Position numbers and translations under genes: made by a program. A stretch of 64,000 nucleotides of DNA from NCBI RefSeq assembly GCF_001194135.2, contig NC_068991.1, positions 54,668,799-54,732,798 on the forward strand, written 5' to 3'. Source of the DNA: Octopus bimaculoides. Taxonomy: Eukaryota. Positions 50,583 to 64,000 of the stretch are shown piece by piece (the stretch's first letter is position 1; each line of letters starts with the position of its first letter). The notes under the pieces are model-generated. The model did no database searches, was not told where the DNA came from, and saw only the letters and a program-made list of their open reading frames with translations.

Positions 50583-51219
50583 GTATGCACATTACTGTTT
50601 TTAATCATCATTAACATTGCCTATAATTAACAATTTTTTTAATCATTTATCTCACTTTTAAACATTGTTGTTGTCAATAATTATTCATCAAATTATGGCA
50701 GCAAGCTGGCAGAATCGTTAGCAAACTGGAATAAATGTTTAGCGGTATTTTGCCCATCTTTCCGATTTGAATTCAAATGAGAGATTCCAAGAAAAATGTC
50801 TCTTCTACAATATAATTCTTTCATTTTCATCTTGTGTTCATTTTAGAATTATCTGAAACAATAACTTTTAAAATAACTTAATCATGTTTTAATTGAATTT
50901 AAAATAGTAAAATTAAATTAAATTCTTTTTTTTAATATCAATATATACATACATACATATATATATATCTAAATATATATATATATTATCCAAAGTGTAC
51001 AGTATTATGTATCCATTACAATTACGGTCAGTCTTACCAATCAACTTTGTGCTAGGGATTCAACAGTGTTGGGTAAAAATCCAATTATGTAGCCCTGCAC
51101 TCATCAGAGGTAGCCGTTATGGAATACATATATATGAGGCAGTAATGTATATTTGTGAAATGGTTTCCAATAAATACATTGTAATCTTTATACCACTAAA
51201 TGTAAATGTATTGTTTCAG

Positions 51220-51591
51220 GTGAACAAGGTAACTCAGGCTATGGTTGGAGGAGAGGAGGAAAGCACTGGAAGTAATGGAACATCTGACGAGGATGATGCT
51301 GAAGAGGTTGTGATGATGGAAGAAGATGTGGACTATTTGTTACCAGTTTTAGAAGTGTTAGCAGTATTACATTCAATAGCCTCCTTCTCAATGTTGGTGG
51401 CTTATTATTGCCTCAAAGTGCCTTTAGTAATCTTTAAACGAGAAAAAGAAATTGCTCGTAAACTAGAATTTGAGGGCTTGTATATCGCTGAACAACCTGA
51501 TGAAGATGATATTAAAGCTCAATGGGATAAGCTTGTCTTAAGTACGGGCTCCTTCCCTCAGAGCTATTGGGATAAATTCGTCAAAAAGAAG
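51220..51591 (+). CDS. RyR: RyR S1-S2 loop, S2 and S2-S3 linker exon (VNKVTQ...[25 protein letters not shown]...[13 protein letters not shown])
   Basis: TTTCAG / GTAAGT; 372 nt; KVPL.IFKREKE.ARKLEF.GLYI and WDKFVK motifs. Confidence 0.98.
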
Positions 51592-53718
51592 GTAAGTTTA
51601 AGGCTATGATGAAAAATACAGAATGTCATTAACAAATAATAAACAGCCATAGAAAAATTTTTTATGCTTTTTTACTGGTTAACTGAACTTGAATATCGAT
51701 TAGAATGTATTTTCAGCTCAGAAAAATTTCGAAATTTTCTTGGTAATTCAGTAATATTTAAGAAATAGAAACAAATATTTTAATTTTATTTGGCAGACAT
51801 GGTAGTGTTTTGGGGGATTCTTTTTTCCATTTTTTCATAATGTAAAACTAATTTTAAAAGTTATTTAAGATCATCAAAACAATCATCAAGCTCATCTGAA
51901 GCAATCTTGTTTGGTCTTACCATGGTTTCTACCAACTTGAGATCCATCATTTTAAAAATATCAGAATCACAAAATACAAAACACATACAGAATGCCTTAA
52001 TGCTTACACAGTATGCTCAAAATAGAGACAATCCCACTAACCCATCACTAAAATACCAACTGAAAAATAAAGCTCAGCCCTTTCAAACATGCTAAGCATA
52101 TTCTTTAAATGTCAGGTTAAAATTTTCTTCCAGAAAGAAATAAAAAGACCCACACAACATCAATCATTATCACCATCATCATCGTCATCACTATTTGGTA
52201 CCTATTTTTCTATCTTCCATGGGCCAGACGGAATTTGTTGAGGCAGATATTCTATAGCTAGATACCTTTCCTGTTGCCAACTCTCACCTGTTGCCAAGTA
52301 AGGTAATACTTCCTCAAGGAAATATAATGAAAGGCTTCTTTCAGTTTCCATCTACCAAATCCATTCAGAAGGCTTGGGTTGGCCAAGGGCTACAGTAAAA
52401 ACACTTGTCTAAGGTACTGTGTAGTTGGATTGAGCCCATGATCACACAATCAGGAAGCAGGGCTCTAAATCACACAGCCATGTCTGTACCTAAACCATGA
52501 TCCTAAAACATTCAAGTTACAATGGAAAGAAAGAAAACTTCACAATATGTTCATCTTTACCTTCCAACGAGTTACAGTTCTCACAAACCATCCACAATTA
52601 TTGATAGAAGTTCTCAAATCTCCAAAACTATGCAAATATACATCATTTACATATGACATTATTATGCTTGAGATGTTTGTACTTGGTGAGATAATGTCTC
52701 AACACAGATTTAACAACTTAAAAGCTCACCGTACTCCATTTTAGCTACAAAAAAATGCGACTGTCTTTGAAATATTATTTGACCTCTTAAAACAATAACA
52801 ACCTACTTTTCAGGCTAACTTCCTCTCAGAAATTTTCAAATTTATAACTTTCTCAATTGGTGCCACAAGGGTCAGTTTTACCAATTATACTCTTCAACCA
52901 ATATAATGATTTCAAATTTTGGCACACAGTCAGCAATTTTGGAGAAGAGTTAAGTCAATTACATTGACCCCAGTACTCAACTGGTACTTATTTTATTGAC
53001 CCCGAAAGGATTAAAGGCAAAGTTGACCTTGGCGAAATATGAACTCAGAACATAAAGACAGACAAAATGCCACTAAGCGTTTTACCTGACATGTTTACAA
53101 TCCTGTCAGTACTTCAACTAATATAATGCAAGACATTTCTCATTTTTTAATGACTATGTAGTATCATAGCAATAATGTCCCACCATAGTTCTTCAAAAAT
53201 AAACCACAAGCCAGCTTGAGCCATACAGCTACTATTTTAAATCCAAGCCCTACAAAAATGGACATCTAGTAACAGCAAACATCACTCTATTTGCCAGCTG
53301 CTCTGGAGAGTATTATCTTATACAACACACAAGCAGCCAACAATACTACCATTTTTCACAAAGAGAATGCTAATACTCTTGGTACTGCCTTATTGTTTAA
53401 CTCGCAATCAGCCCTGATCAAACAGACCTGTAATTAAAGGCATTCTAGTCATAAACACCTCTTCTGTTTTTTAGGGAGAGTGTATCATAGACATTATACA
53501 ATATGCCTTATTTTTTAGATAACAGATTGTGTGTTTTGAGAAGGATTCATTTATTATATCTAGCAAAACAAATTATCAATTAGAGGTTTCTTCAGTGGCT
53601 CATGTATGTCTCTAATAGTAAATAAAAGAGATGAAAGAATAAAGAATTAAATATAAAATCTTTTTATAAATATTTCATTTTAATAGCTGAATTATATTGT
53701 TGATACTTTTTCATCAAT

Positions 53719-53751
<33 letters not shown>

Positions 53752-54119
53752 TGGTCAGTTTTTCATAAGTCAAAAAAAAGCACACTCCAAAAAACATTTT
53801 TCTTTTGAGCAATCATATTTGATGTAATTGTTGATTATGGCCAGTCAGAAAGTTACCATTGCTAAGAGCAATAATAAACAGGAATCGAATTGTAAAATTT
53901 CTCACCAACAATAACCAAAAATTATATAAAATGTATTATTCAAAATTTTTACAAAAAATACTTGATACTGTCACAGATGAAAATTATTAATAATAAAAAA
54001 TAATCTGAAAAAAATACAAGCCTTTTGGAAGGCATTTTCCATATTGTGTGTAAGCACTTCCATTGTTAAGTTTTTGAAATGCACATGTATTTACCTTGAT
54101 GAATGTGTTACTGTTGTAG

Positions 54120-54241
54120 GTCAGACTACGATATGCTGAACAGTATGATTATGAAAGCATCAGTAATCTGCTAGGTATGAAGAAAGGAGATTCAATAACC
54201 ATAGAAGATACAGTACAGCATACTGGAATGTTGCCAGCTTT
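54120..54241 (+). CDS. RyR: RyR exon (VRLRYAEQYDYESISNLLGMKKGDSITIEDTVQHTGMLPA-F)
   Basis: TTGTAG / GTAAGT; I..LLGM motif; phase 0 to 2. Confidence 0.92.
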
Positions 54242-54773
54242 GTAAGTACTCACTTTTCTTGATCTTTATATCTCTTAAGTCATTGTCACAAAATTATGTT
54301 GGTAGTAGCAAGTAGAATGCTTTCAATAGCTCATCTGCTGCTTTGTATAAAATATTCAAATAATTTTACTTTTGCGGTAAAAGGTAAAGGCCTATGGCCT
54401 AGTAGTTAGGATTTTGTCCTCACAATTTCAAGATTGTGATTTTGATTCCTAGTCAAGGTGGTGCATTGCGTTCTTGAGCAAAGCATTTCATCATGCATTG
54501 CTTCAGTCTGCTGAGCTGTAAATGAGTAAATCTGCTAGAGGCTAGCATCTTATTCAGAGGGAATGATGTGATCTTGGTCGCTTAAACACCATGGAAACCA
54601 GATAACTGGCCCTATGAGTCCAGGGTCTTGAGACAGTCATTTCCAAATATTGATAATGATGAAGATGACATAGTAAAAGTAACAATTAAACTAATTAAAT
54701 TGGAAACTTTACACAACTTTATTGACCCATCAGTTTTACCTGATTGTTTGTTTGTTATTTTATCTTTTCTCAG

Positions 54774-54834
54774 TCTCTCAAATATGGATTGGCAATATCA
54801 ACTTTGGAAATGGGGTGTCATTTTTACTGATAAT
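54774..54834 (+). CDS. RyR: RyR exon (LSNMDWQYQLWKWGVIFTDN)
   Basis: TTTTCTCAG / GTAAGT; D..YQ.WK.GV.FTDN motif; phase 2 to 0. Confidence 0.96.
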
Positions 54835-56235
54835 GTAAGTTGAAAGAAGCTTTTTTCTGTTTTGTAGGGAATTTATTTCCTTTCTAGTAAATAAGTAAAT
54901 TTGAAAGTCAGCAAAATGCTTCTGTGGTCTGAGTTTGTTTTTTATATATATATGCTATTTTTGTAACATCAAACTGGAAACATGTCTATAGGACATACAA
55001 ATGTATGTGTTAAACATTTGTATAACACATACTCCAATTGTTATCACATTCCTTATTTTCTTTTTCTTTTACTTCTTAATGAGAAACAGCTTTCTCTCAA
55101 TTGTTTTATTTTAATTTTCTATGTCATGTAAGTTTTATAGGATTGAAACTTGAAAACTTCGTCTTCTCTGAAACAACTGAGTAAAATGTTGATGTAACTT
55201 TTGAAATGGCTGCTAAAACAGAAATTATAGACAAAAAGAAGGTTCTATATTGATATCAGTCTAAGGATAAAGTGAGCTTTTTTACTGTGGTGAGGAGTAA
55301 AATGATGAAAATCAATGTTAGAGAGAAAAAAATATTTTAATTACATTGGAAATTTAAATCATTGGTAGAGGGAGGGGTAAGAAGGAAAGAAGAAGAGGTC
55401 AAACATTATAGATATAACAAAAATTGAAATGATAAGTGAGAAAAGGTATATATGTTTTGTGAGCAATCTTCTAGGTTTAGTTTTAAATATTGTTAAAAAA
55501 GGTAGTCCAAATCCATTCCTAATAGAGAAGTTGTAGAATAAATTTAAAGTAAATTTGAGTGATTGTGATTGGTTGGAGTTTTTCATCTTTAAAGGGAAAT
55601 GTAAGTTTGAAAGTATGTGAATTTTTCCACACAAGATTAAAAGTTTTTTTTTTCCTTTTTCTCATTTCGGAGTGTGACATGGCTAGGTTTAAGATTTTCC
55701 TATATGATTAATTCTTCATGAACAACTTAAATTATATTTCTGCTGTATTAAAGCATGCCATGAGATGTAAAAGGATGTTAAGTTTGTCACCTTTTCTTTC
55801 ATGGATATCTGTGCTGTAGGAAATGACCAGTAGCTGAAACAATGGAAGAAAGGAATAACTATATAAAATGAAATTTTAAAACCTATATATTCTGTACATT
55901 CCCTCCAGAATGTATCTTAATATTTTTTTAAACTAGAAATGTTGTAAATCAGAAATGTTGTAAATCTGAAATGGACTATTTACTCTAGCAACATTTAAAA
56001 CTAAACCAAGATTATCATTCTTGGAATTGTTATGTCTTTTGTCATTATTTTTCATTCCAACTTCTGCAGACATTCTCTGACTGACCTCTTTTTCTTTCCT
56101 CTCCAGGTAATTTAAGCCATCTCTTTTTTTCTTTTTTTTCATTTATTTTAAGAAATTACATGGAAAATGTAATTCTGTTCAAACAGTATAAAAGCTTATT
56201 AACTTACAAGTCATTCCATTTTTGCCTTCCTCTAG

Positions 56236-56382
56236 TCATTCCTGTACATTCTGTGGTATTTCACCTTCTCTGTGCTGGGCAATTTTAACCACTTCTTCTT
56301 TGCTGCTCATCTTATTGATGTTGCTATTGGATTCAAAACTTTGAGAACTATTTTGCAATCCGTTACACACAATGGAAAACAG
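56236..56382 (+). CDS. RyR: RyR S3-S4 exon ([49 protein letters not shown])
   Basis: CCTCTAG / GTAAAT; [24 protein letters not shown] motif. Confidence 0.98.
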
Positions 56383-56995
56383 GTAAATGGAACTTTTTAT
56401 TAAATGGAAATTCTTATGGCAAATTATTGTTGACCTAAATTCTATATACTAAATGAAAAATCTAGTTAATGTCATTTCTGCCCACCCCATTACTCAGATT
56501 TTAGTGAAGCCCCGTCAGTTGATGACCTCAAATCTGTATAAATTTCTATTGCAAAATATAATTTGTAGCTACGCATACACACACACAACACACAGATGAT
56601 GTGTTAAAACAGCTGTAATCTATTGACTGAATATAGCAAATATTTCTTGCAATGTCAAAGCTGACTGGCAAATATTTCTTGCAGTGTCAAAGCTGACTGG
56701 CAGATTTTAATTCAATCATTAATCAATGATATTAATTACTATTCAGCATGTTATCAGTATATTACAGATCTGATAGTGATGTCTCAATAAATTCTATTAA
56801 GATAATAGTAATAATAATAGTTATAAATTTTGGTGCATAACCAGTAATTTTAGGGAGTGGAAGTTAGTTGCACAATAATGTATTTTATGATTTAAGTTTG
56901 CATGTTTTCAAAACAACTCAGTATTGAAATGAAAGAAAGGAAGAGGCATGGCTGTGTGGTAAGAAACGTGCTTCCCAACCACATGTTTCCTGGTG

Positions 56996-57033
<38 letters not shown>

Positions 57034-57312
57034 CTTTGTGTCTGTTTGTCCCCCACCACCACTTGACAATTAGTGTTAGTGTGTTTACATCTCTGTAACT
57101 TAGCAGTTCAGAAAAAGTGACTGATAGAATAGGTACCAGACTTCAAAAGCAAAATTCATTCAGCTAAAAATTCTTCAAAGCAGTGCTCCAGCTCGACCAC
57201 AGTCTAACAACTGAAACAAGTAAAGGAAAAAAACTAAAAGAAAGAGTTCATATTGTATATTTGGAAGGATTAATAAAGTTTGTTGATTAGCTATCACTAA
57301 TCATGCTCATGC

Positions 57313-57635
57313 GTGGAGGCGCAATAGCCCAGTGGGTAGGGCAGCGAACACGCGATCGGAGGATCGCGATTTCAATTCCCAGACCAGGCATTGTGTGTGT
57401 TTATTGAGCGAAAACACCTTAAGCTCCACGAGGCTCCGGCAGTGGGGTGGTGGCGACCCCTGTTGTACTCTTTCGCCCCAACTTTCTCTCACTCTTTCTT
57501 CCTGTTTCTTGGGTAACGCTGCGATGGACTGGCGTCCCGTCCAGCTGGGGGGAACACATACGCCATAGAAACCGGGAAACCGGGCCCATGAGCCTGGCTA
57601 GGCTTTAAAAGGGCGCATAAATAATAATAAATAAA
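57313..57635 (+). mobile_element. Young CpG-rich tRNA-derived SINE with V-domain-like motif and 15-bp TSD
   Basis: TSD TAATCATGCTCATGC at 57298-57312 and 57636-57650; tRNA-like head; GCGATGGACTGGCGTCCCGTCCAG; (AAT)n tail. Confidence 0.85.
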
Positions 57636-58445
57636 TAATCATGCTCATGCAATATCTTACAAGAAACAAAAATCAATTTTAAAAATGTTTTTCCAGTGCA
57701 GCATCGCAAGCAAGCTCATGAGTTGTTGAGAAAAGAAAGATATTTCACATATGAGATAAAATCAATATAAAAAAAATTTTAAGAAAAACAGTGAAGATGA
57801 TTTAGACAACAAAGCAGTGGGCTAAATTGAGAAAGTACTTGGAAAAAAAATCTTGAGTATTTTCAAAGCTTAAATTGGACAGTTGATAAACAATAACATA
57901 GCTGGGGATTGCAAGGGGCTGGTCAGCACAGGGCAACACCTTTATGAGGGTAGCACTTTGGGGTCTGTTGTGTAAGCCAGTAATGAGTTATATTGAAATA
58001 TAGGGGTACAGGCAACAAACCCTCATGAGCACATATTCTAGCTATGTTGAAGTTGATACGACTTCTAATGATGATGTTTGAATAATTTCTAAGTTTCCAT
58101 TGGTATAAAATTATGAAACATGAATTAAAATATGACTGAAAATTATTATTAAAATGCAAAAAAAATATATTGTTATATTTGGGGATGGTCATACTTTTTG
58201 CCAATTAAACACACGCACAATATACATGTTCTTCACTTCAGCTTTATTATTATTCTTATTTTAGTGTCCTTTGTCTGAAATCTTTTGTCAGACACCCTGT
58301 AACTTCCTCAGTGACACTCCATCCCTCGTTGTCTCCTCTTGTTCTGCTTAGTCCATTCTCTCTTTCACAAAATATTTGTAATAAAATTTCATTTTGCTTG
58401 GGAAGATGAAAATTTCTGATGATGTTTATTTGTCTCCTCTTACAG

Positions 58446-58577
58446 TTGGTGCTTACTGTGATGTTGACAAGTATTGTTGTATATATCTACACAGTCATAG
58501 CCTTTAACTTCTTCAGGAAGTTCTATGTCAAAGAAGAGGATGGTCAAGTTGATTACAAATGCCATGACATGGCTACA
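58446..58577 (+). CDS. RyR: RyR S5 exon ([44 protein letters not shown])
   Basis: CTTACAG / GTATGT; [12 protein letters not shown] motif. Confidence 0.98.
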
Positions 58578-58779
58578 GTATGTATTTTCTTTTGTTTTGG
58601 GTCTTTTATTTGTTCATACTACACCTCTCTTATTCAAGTAGCTGCAAGCCAATTTCCCCACACTATGCCAGAAGTTTGTCCCTCATTAGCATTGTTGGGT
58701 TCACAATATGAGGCAGGATCAGAAATTTGAATTTAAAATCAAGGAATATGAGAGAATATGAAGAGTTCACATATATTCC

Positions 58780-59500
58780 CTCAACTGCCACACAATAGCA
58801 GTTGAGGGAACCTGTGGAAGAGGTAGGCCCAGGAAGACCTGGGATGAGGTGGTGAGGCACGACCTTTGAACATTGGGCCTCACCGAGGCGATGACTTCTG
58901 ACCGAGACCTTTGGAAATATGCTGTGCGTGAGAAGACCCGGCAAGCCAAGTGAGACCTAAATCCAAGGCCTCTGCCAGGGGTGTAGCCAGCCCACTTATG
59001 TGTACCTTCCTTCATTGGACACTAAACTCCACTTGCAAAGACCTGTTGAGGCAAGTGAAATCGAAATCGAACTAAATTCGACGACTGGTACCCATGCCAA
59101 CGTCATCTCCTTCATTGGACACTNNNNNNNNNNNNNNNNNNNNNNNNNNNNNNNNNNNNNNNNNNNNNNNNNNNNNNNNNNNNNNNNNNNNNNNNNNNNN
59201 NNNNNNNNNNNNNNNNNNNNNNNNGGCTCCTGTGCAGGTGGCACATAAAATACACCATTTTGAGTGTGGCCATTGCCAGTACCACCTGACTAGCCTTTGT
59301 GCCGGTGGCACGTAAAAGCACCCACTACACTCTCGGAGTGGTTGGCGTTAGGAAGGGCATCCAGCTGTAGAAACTCTGCCAAATCAGATTGGAGCCTGGT
59401 GTAGCCATTTGGTTCACCAGTCCTCAGTCAAATTGTCCAACCCATGCTAGCATGGAAAGCGGACGTTAAACGATGATGATGATGAGGATGATGATGATGA
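58780..59500 (+). mobile_element. RTE LINE 3' end plus 3' UTR with (GAT)n tail
   Basis: AVEGTCGRGRPRKTWDEVVRHDL*TLGLTEAMTSDRDLWKYAV; tail ...CCAACCCATGCTAGCATGGAAAGCGGACGTTAAACGATGATGAT also at ~20300-20460. Confidence 0.8.
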
Positions 59501-59759
59501 TGATAAATATATATTGTAAATTCTGTTTGTTTTTTTTACCTATGGTGAAATTCTTACAATTTCTTATTAGGGGTAAAATCTAAGAGATTTATTTCCCTAA
59601 AACTATATAAATATCCAATATACAAGAAAACTGAATGTAACAGCAATTATTGAATGTAGCATGTAAAATATTCTAGTTTTCCTTACTAAACTGTTGACCC
59701 CAGTTATTTTATTTATCTTCAAACAATCTCTCTACTATAAATTTATTTTCTTTTTTCAG

Positions 59760-59808
59760 TGTTTTGTCTATCATTTACATACTGGCCTCAGGGCAGGAGG
59801 GGGAATTG
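59760..59808 (+). CDS. RyR: RyR pore-helix/filter exon (CFVYHLHTGLRAGGGI-G)
   Basis: TTTTTTCAG / GTAAGT; GGGIG filter (RyR-type; IP3R has GGGVG); phase 0 to 1. Confidence 0.97.
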
Positions 59809-59944
59809 GTAAGTCACTTCTAACCTCAATATATCTTGGAATAAAAAATTTTAGATCATTTTTACGAAGTCCCAACTTGAAATATGAAATTATATAAAAA
59901 ATATTTCATTTTTTAAATTTTATTTTCTAGTTATATCTGAATTT

Positions 59945-60065
59945 GTATAAAATTTACATCTATTTTACATCTAATTTACATCAAATTTACATCTAATTTG
60001 CATCAAATTTACATCTATTTCACAATTTATTTACATCTCTTTTACATCTAATTTACATATATTTC
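59945..60065. repeat. 11-bp tandem repeat TTTACATCTAA/TTTACATCAAA
   Basis: Direct reading. Confidence 0.85.
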
Positions 60066-60692
60066 CACATTTATGTTTTGCAAAGTATCTTTAATGTTTG
60101 ATATGTACAAAAATTATTTTTCATTTAATTTTATACAAGTCCTATACAAGTCCTATACAAGTCTTGTTGATGAGACATAAGGTATTACAAGAACACAAAA
60201 GACTGACTTGCCGTCATATCTATATTTGCAAAGCTATATAAATGCAATCAGGAGCATGAGCATCATGCCTAATCCAGATAAATACAAACCTGAACCAGAA
60301 TGCTATTTCTGGTTTAAACTTTATCAATACAGAATTCAGTTCCTGCACGATTATATAATACCTTCATGGAACAGTTGTACTTTACTGTTTTAACATTTGC
60401 TAACTGTAATTAAGTATAATTATATTTGTACATGAAAGCATGTGGCCTAATGGTAAGGGTGTTATGCCCATGATTACTAGATCATGAGTTCGATTCCCAG
60501 ACTAGGGGACACATTGTGTTCTTGAGCAAAACACTTCATTTTATATTGCTCCAGTCCCCCTTTTGATCAACGGAGAATGTTGACCTACTCACTTAGCCAG
60601 CAAGGTGGCATAATTCGAGGGATAAAACAACTTAAAATGCATTATGACTAGCAATGTGCAACATCTCATAGTCAGGTCAGTCATGTGATCAT

Positions 60693-60740
<48 letters not shown>

Positions 60741-61284
60741 TTCAAGAAGACATTTTTATTCTGTTGTCACCCGAATTCACAATAATTCTAATACCTTCTG
60801 ATAGCAGTAAATGCTAGGAAGTGTCTAAGAATTTAGTGCATCCAAAAAATTCTACTCCCTGTATTTCTCTGCTATGTCTTCAGTAGAATACACTCTGAAG
60901 CAAAGATTTGAGTATAGTATACTCCAGCCATAGTNNNNNNNNNNNNNNNNNNNNNNNNNNNNNNNNNNNNNNNNNNNNNNNNNNNNNNNNNNNNNNNNNN
61001 NNNNNNNNNNNNNNNNNNNNNNNNNNNNNNNNNNNNNNNNNNNNNNNNNNNNNNNNNNNNNNNNNNNNNNNNNNNNNNNNNNNNNNNNNNNNNNNNNNNN
61101 NNNNNNNNNNNNNNNNNNNNNNNNNNNNNNNNNNNNNNNNNNNNNNNNNNNNNNNNNNNNNNNNNNNNNNNNNNNNNNNNNNNNNNNNNNNNNNNNNNNN
61201 NNNNNNNNNNNNNNNNNNNNNNNNNNNNNNNNNNNNNNNNNNNNNNNNNNNNNNNNNNNNNNNNNNNNNNNNNNNNNNNNNNNN

Positions 61285-61349
<65 letters not shown>

Positions 61350-61689
61350 AGAGAGACCAATTGAATAAGTACTAGACTTAAAAAATAAATACTGGGTCAA
61401 TTTGTTCAACTAAACCCTTCAAGGTAGTGCCCCCAGCTTAGCATTGTCCTGTGAATGAAACAAGTAAAAGATAAAAAAGATCTTTTATTTTTGATTAATT
61501 TTCAAGGAACATAGTTTATTTTATACACAAATATTTAATACATTTCTTATTATCAAGTTGACTAAGTACATTTGAACAAATTCAGAATGAACCATAAGTT
61601 TAAAATGATTTTAACCAAAATCAGATTGTTTAACTTGTTTAACAATCTTAATTTACTTTATCCATTTTATCTGTTTTCTTTTCTTTCAG

Positions 61690-61797
61690 GGGATGAAATT
61701 GAGCCAGCTGATGGAGACCCATCAGAAGCATACAGAATTATATTTGATATCACATTTTTCTTCTTCATCATTGTCATTTTGCTGGCTATCATTCAGG
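61690..61797 (+). CDS. RyR: RyR S6 exon ([36 protein letters not shown])
   Basis: CTTTCAG / GTATGT; DEIE.P..D...[19 protein letters not shown] motif. Confidence 0.98.
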
Positions 61798-62700
61798 GTA
61801 TGTAACAAATAATTCAATTAAAATAACTCTCTAATTTGAAAAAATATTATAGTGTTAACTACATCCATTCAAACCTTCATCCATTTTTATTCTTACCTAT
61901 GTAATATTGTCTACATCTACCCATCCCTTTTTATGTGTTTTATACCTACCTATGTAGTGTCATCGACATCCTTCCAACCATCATCTATCCATTTTTATAC
62001 CTATCTATCTACATAGCATATTCCTTCACTAATATTACTGTATTTTGAATACGGTTTCCTTCAAGAAATATCATTATTGAATGAAAAGATTTACAAGTAG
62101 TTATCCCTTACAAGCGTCCAATTTATGAATTTACAGCTTTACAAGAATTTGCTAAGTTAGAAATAAGAACTAGTGAGTAACTCAATGTGTACTGCCCAAA
62201 ACCTTATGTTCAAATCAATGAATATATCTTTCAGGTGAGCCAAAAGCAAAATTACTTAGGTGAGAGCTAGCAATCCACCCACCCAACCTCCCTTGCTCAG
62301 CACCATTGTAGTTGTTTTTATTCAATGTATTGTTCCATACCATATTATTCCTTAGTCGGCATATGGCTTAGTAAATAAGTCATTAACACAGAGAAATTAT
62401 TGGGTTGATATTACGTCAATCACTGATGAACGGTATTTGTTTCAAATCTTTTACCATAGATATTTCCAGTATTTTCTGCAATCCAACTTCGAGCCATAAA
62501 AAAACCATTTCCCCAGTCAGCAAAATACTCTTAAAAAGATGGAATGGTCACAGCTAAAAGGCCTTTGATCACAAGTTTACTTAATTAAGATTGACCTAGG
62601 GCTAAACAATAACAATATTAACAACAATTAGAAATACACATACACTCCAACAAGTTTATATATAATTTAATATTGCTTGGCAAGGAAGAATTTGGCATAA

Positions 62701-62841
<141 letters not shown>

Positions 62842-64000
62842 TGATCATTGTTTAATTCCTTTATTATTGTATTTCAAACAAAAATACACTGTTTATATAT
62901 GTTAAATAATTCTGAAAAAGTTAAAATATTTTAAAGAATACCTAACTTTTTTCCTCCAGCCTTGCATTCTGAGTTCAAATTCCAGCAAGGCTGACTTTGT
63001 CTTTCATCATTTTGGAGTTGATAAAACAACTACCAGTTGAGTGGGGTGATTATTATTGACAAGCTCCTGCTTCCCAAATTTCTGGTCTTGTGCATATCAT
63101 AGAAAGAATTATTAAGTTAGTGTTTGTAATACTAAAATTTTATGTCATTGGCAGTGAAATTTGGCTGGCATGCGGTGACTAATCACTTGCCACTGAGGAA
63201 GTCCACTAGACTGAAATCATGTGTTCTGACAGTTCTGGTACCCATAACAGGCAATTCTCATATGCTACAATTTATGTCTGTGCTTTTACACACCATGAGA
63301 AAACCTCTCAGGAGAAATACTGCAGTATTCAGCATTCTAACAAGACATCCACATTAAGTTGGATTTAATGATTACTATAAATATACTAAATGCAACAACC
63401 TGTGCATCATATTTAAAGCAGATACATCATAGAAAGCCTACTTTGCCTTGAGATATTTGGTATTTGACTTGAGATAATACTTTTTATTGACATATAATGT
63501 TAAAAGCACAGAAACATATCAGTAGCAGACAATACTGTGATAAAGTCAACACAGAGAAATTATTGGGTTGATATTATGCCAAACACTGATGAACGGTATT
63601 TGTTTCAAATCTTTTACCAAAGATATTTCCAGTGTTTTATGCAAATTTAAAGCAAATGGTTTTGTATGACAGAAGCAAAGCCTGTTTCAGACAGAATGTT
63701 ATTAAGAAATTCTCAAAAAAAGATTTCTGATAAAACTGTTTCTGTTTAATTTCAAAGGAATGTACAGCCATCATGGGTTTTAGGTGATTATACAAGGGTG
63801 AGTCAGAAAGTAATGCAAATTTTATTAGCCTTTCTTTCTGATTCACATTTATATTGACCCATACACTCTAGCACTTATGTTTTATCAATCTCTGATTAGC
63901 AAATGGCTAAGTTACCTTTCGACACACCTTTCTACACTAGTATACAGAAATAGAGAGACACTCACTCATGGATATTCTATTCATTTGACATTATTCAATC

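Noticed and set aside
2017-61409. Many ORF-track entries made of YIYI, HTHT, CVCV, poly-X and poly-I/Y/L/H/S
   Set aside because: Translations of (TA)n, (CA)n and (TTA)n microsatellites and N gaps, not genes

Overview
AT-rich, microsatellite-dense eukaryotic DNA with N gaps. The SINE/LINE landscape looks like an octopus/cephalopod assembly (inference). The window holds the 3' part of a ryanodine receptor (RyR) gene on the + strand. I traced 30 GT-AG exons from 8706 to 62790 with consistent phases, giving 3423 nt / 1141 codons per isoform. They cover the central/core solenoid, EF-hand pair, divergent region 1, S1-S6, the GGGIGD filter and the start of the C-terminal domain; both gene ends lie outside the window. 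Main results: (1) a second copy of the 80-nt EF-hand-1 exon (25449-25528, not in the ORF track) forms an obligatory mutually exclusive pair with 30000-30079; (2) the intron between them carries three copies of a tRNA-headed SINE-like element containing a minimal type I hammerhead ribozyme motif, two of them arranged as a ~470-nt fold-back; (3) the introns contain further hammerhead relics, palindromic MITE-like elements, and decayed Jockey/CR1-like, RTE, R4/Dong, CRE and Ty3/Gypsy fragments. All assignments were made by eye with no database search. Repeat boundaries are approximate.
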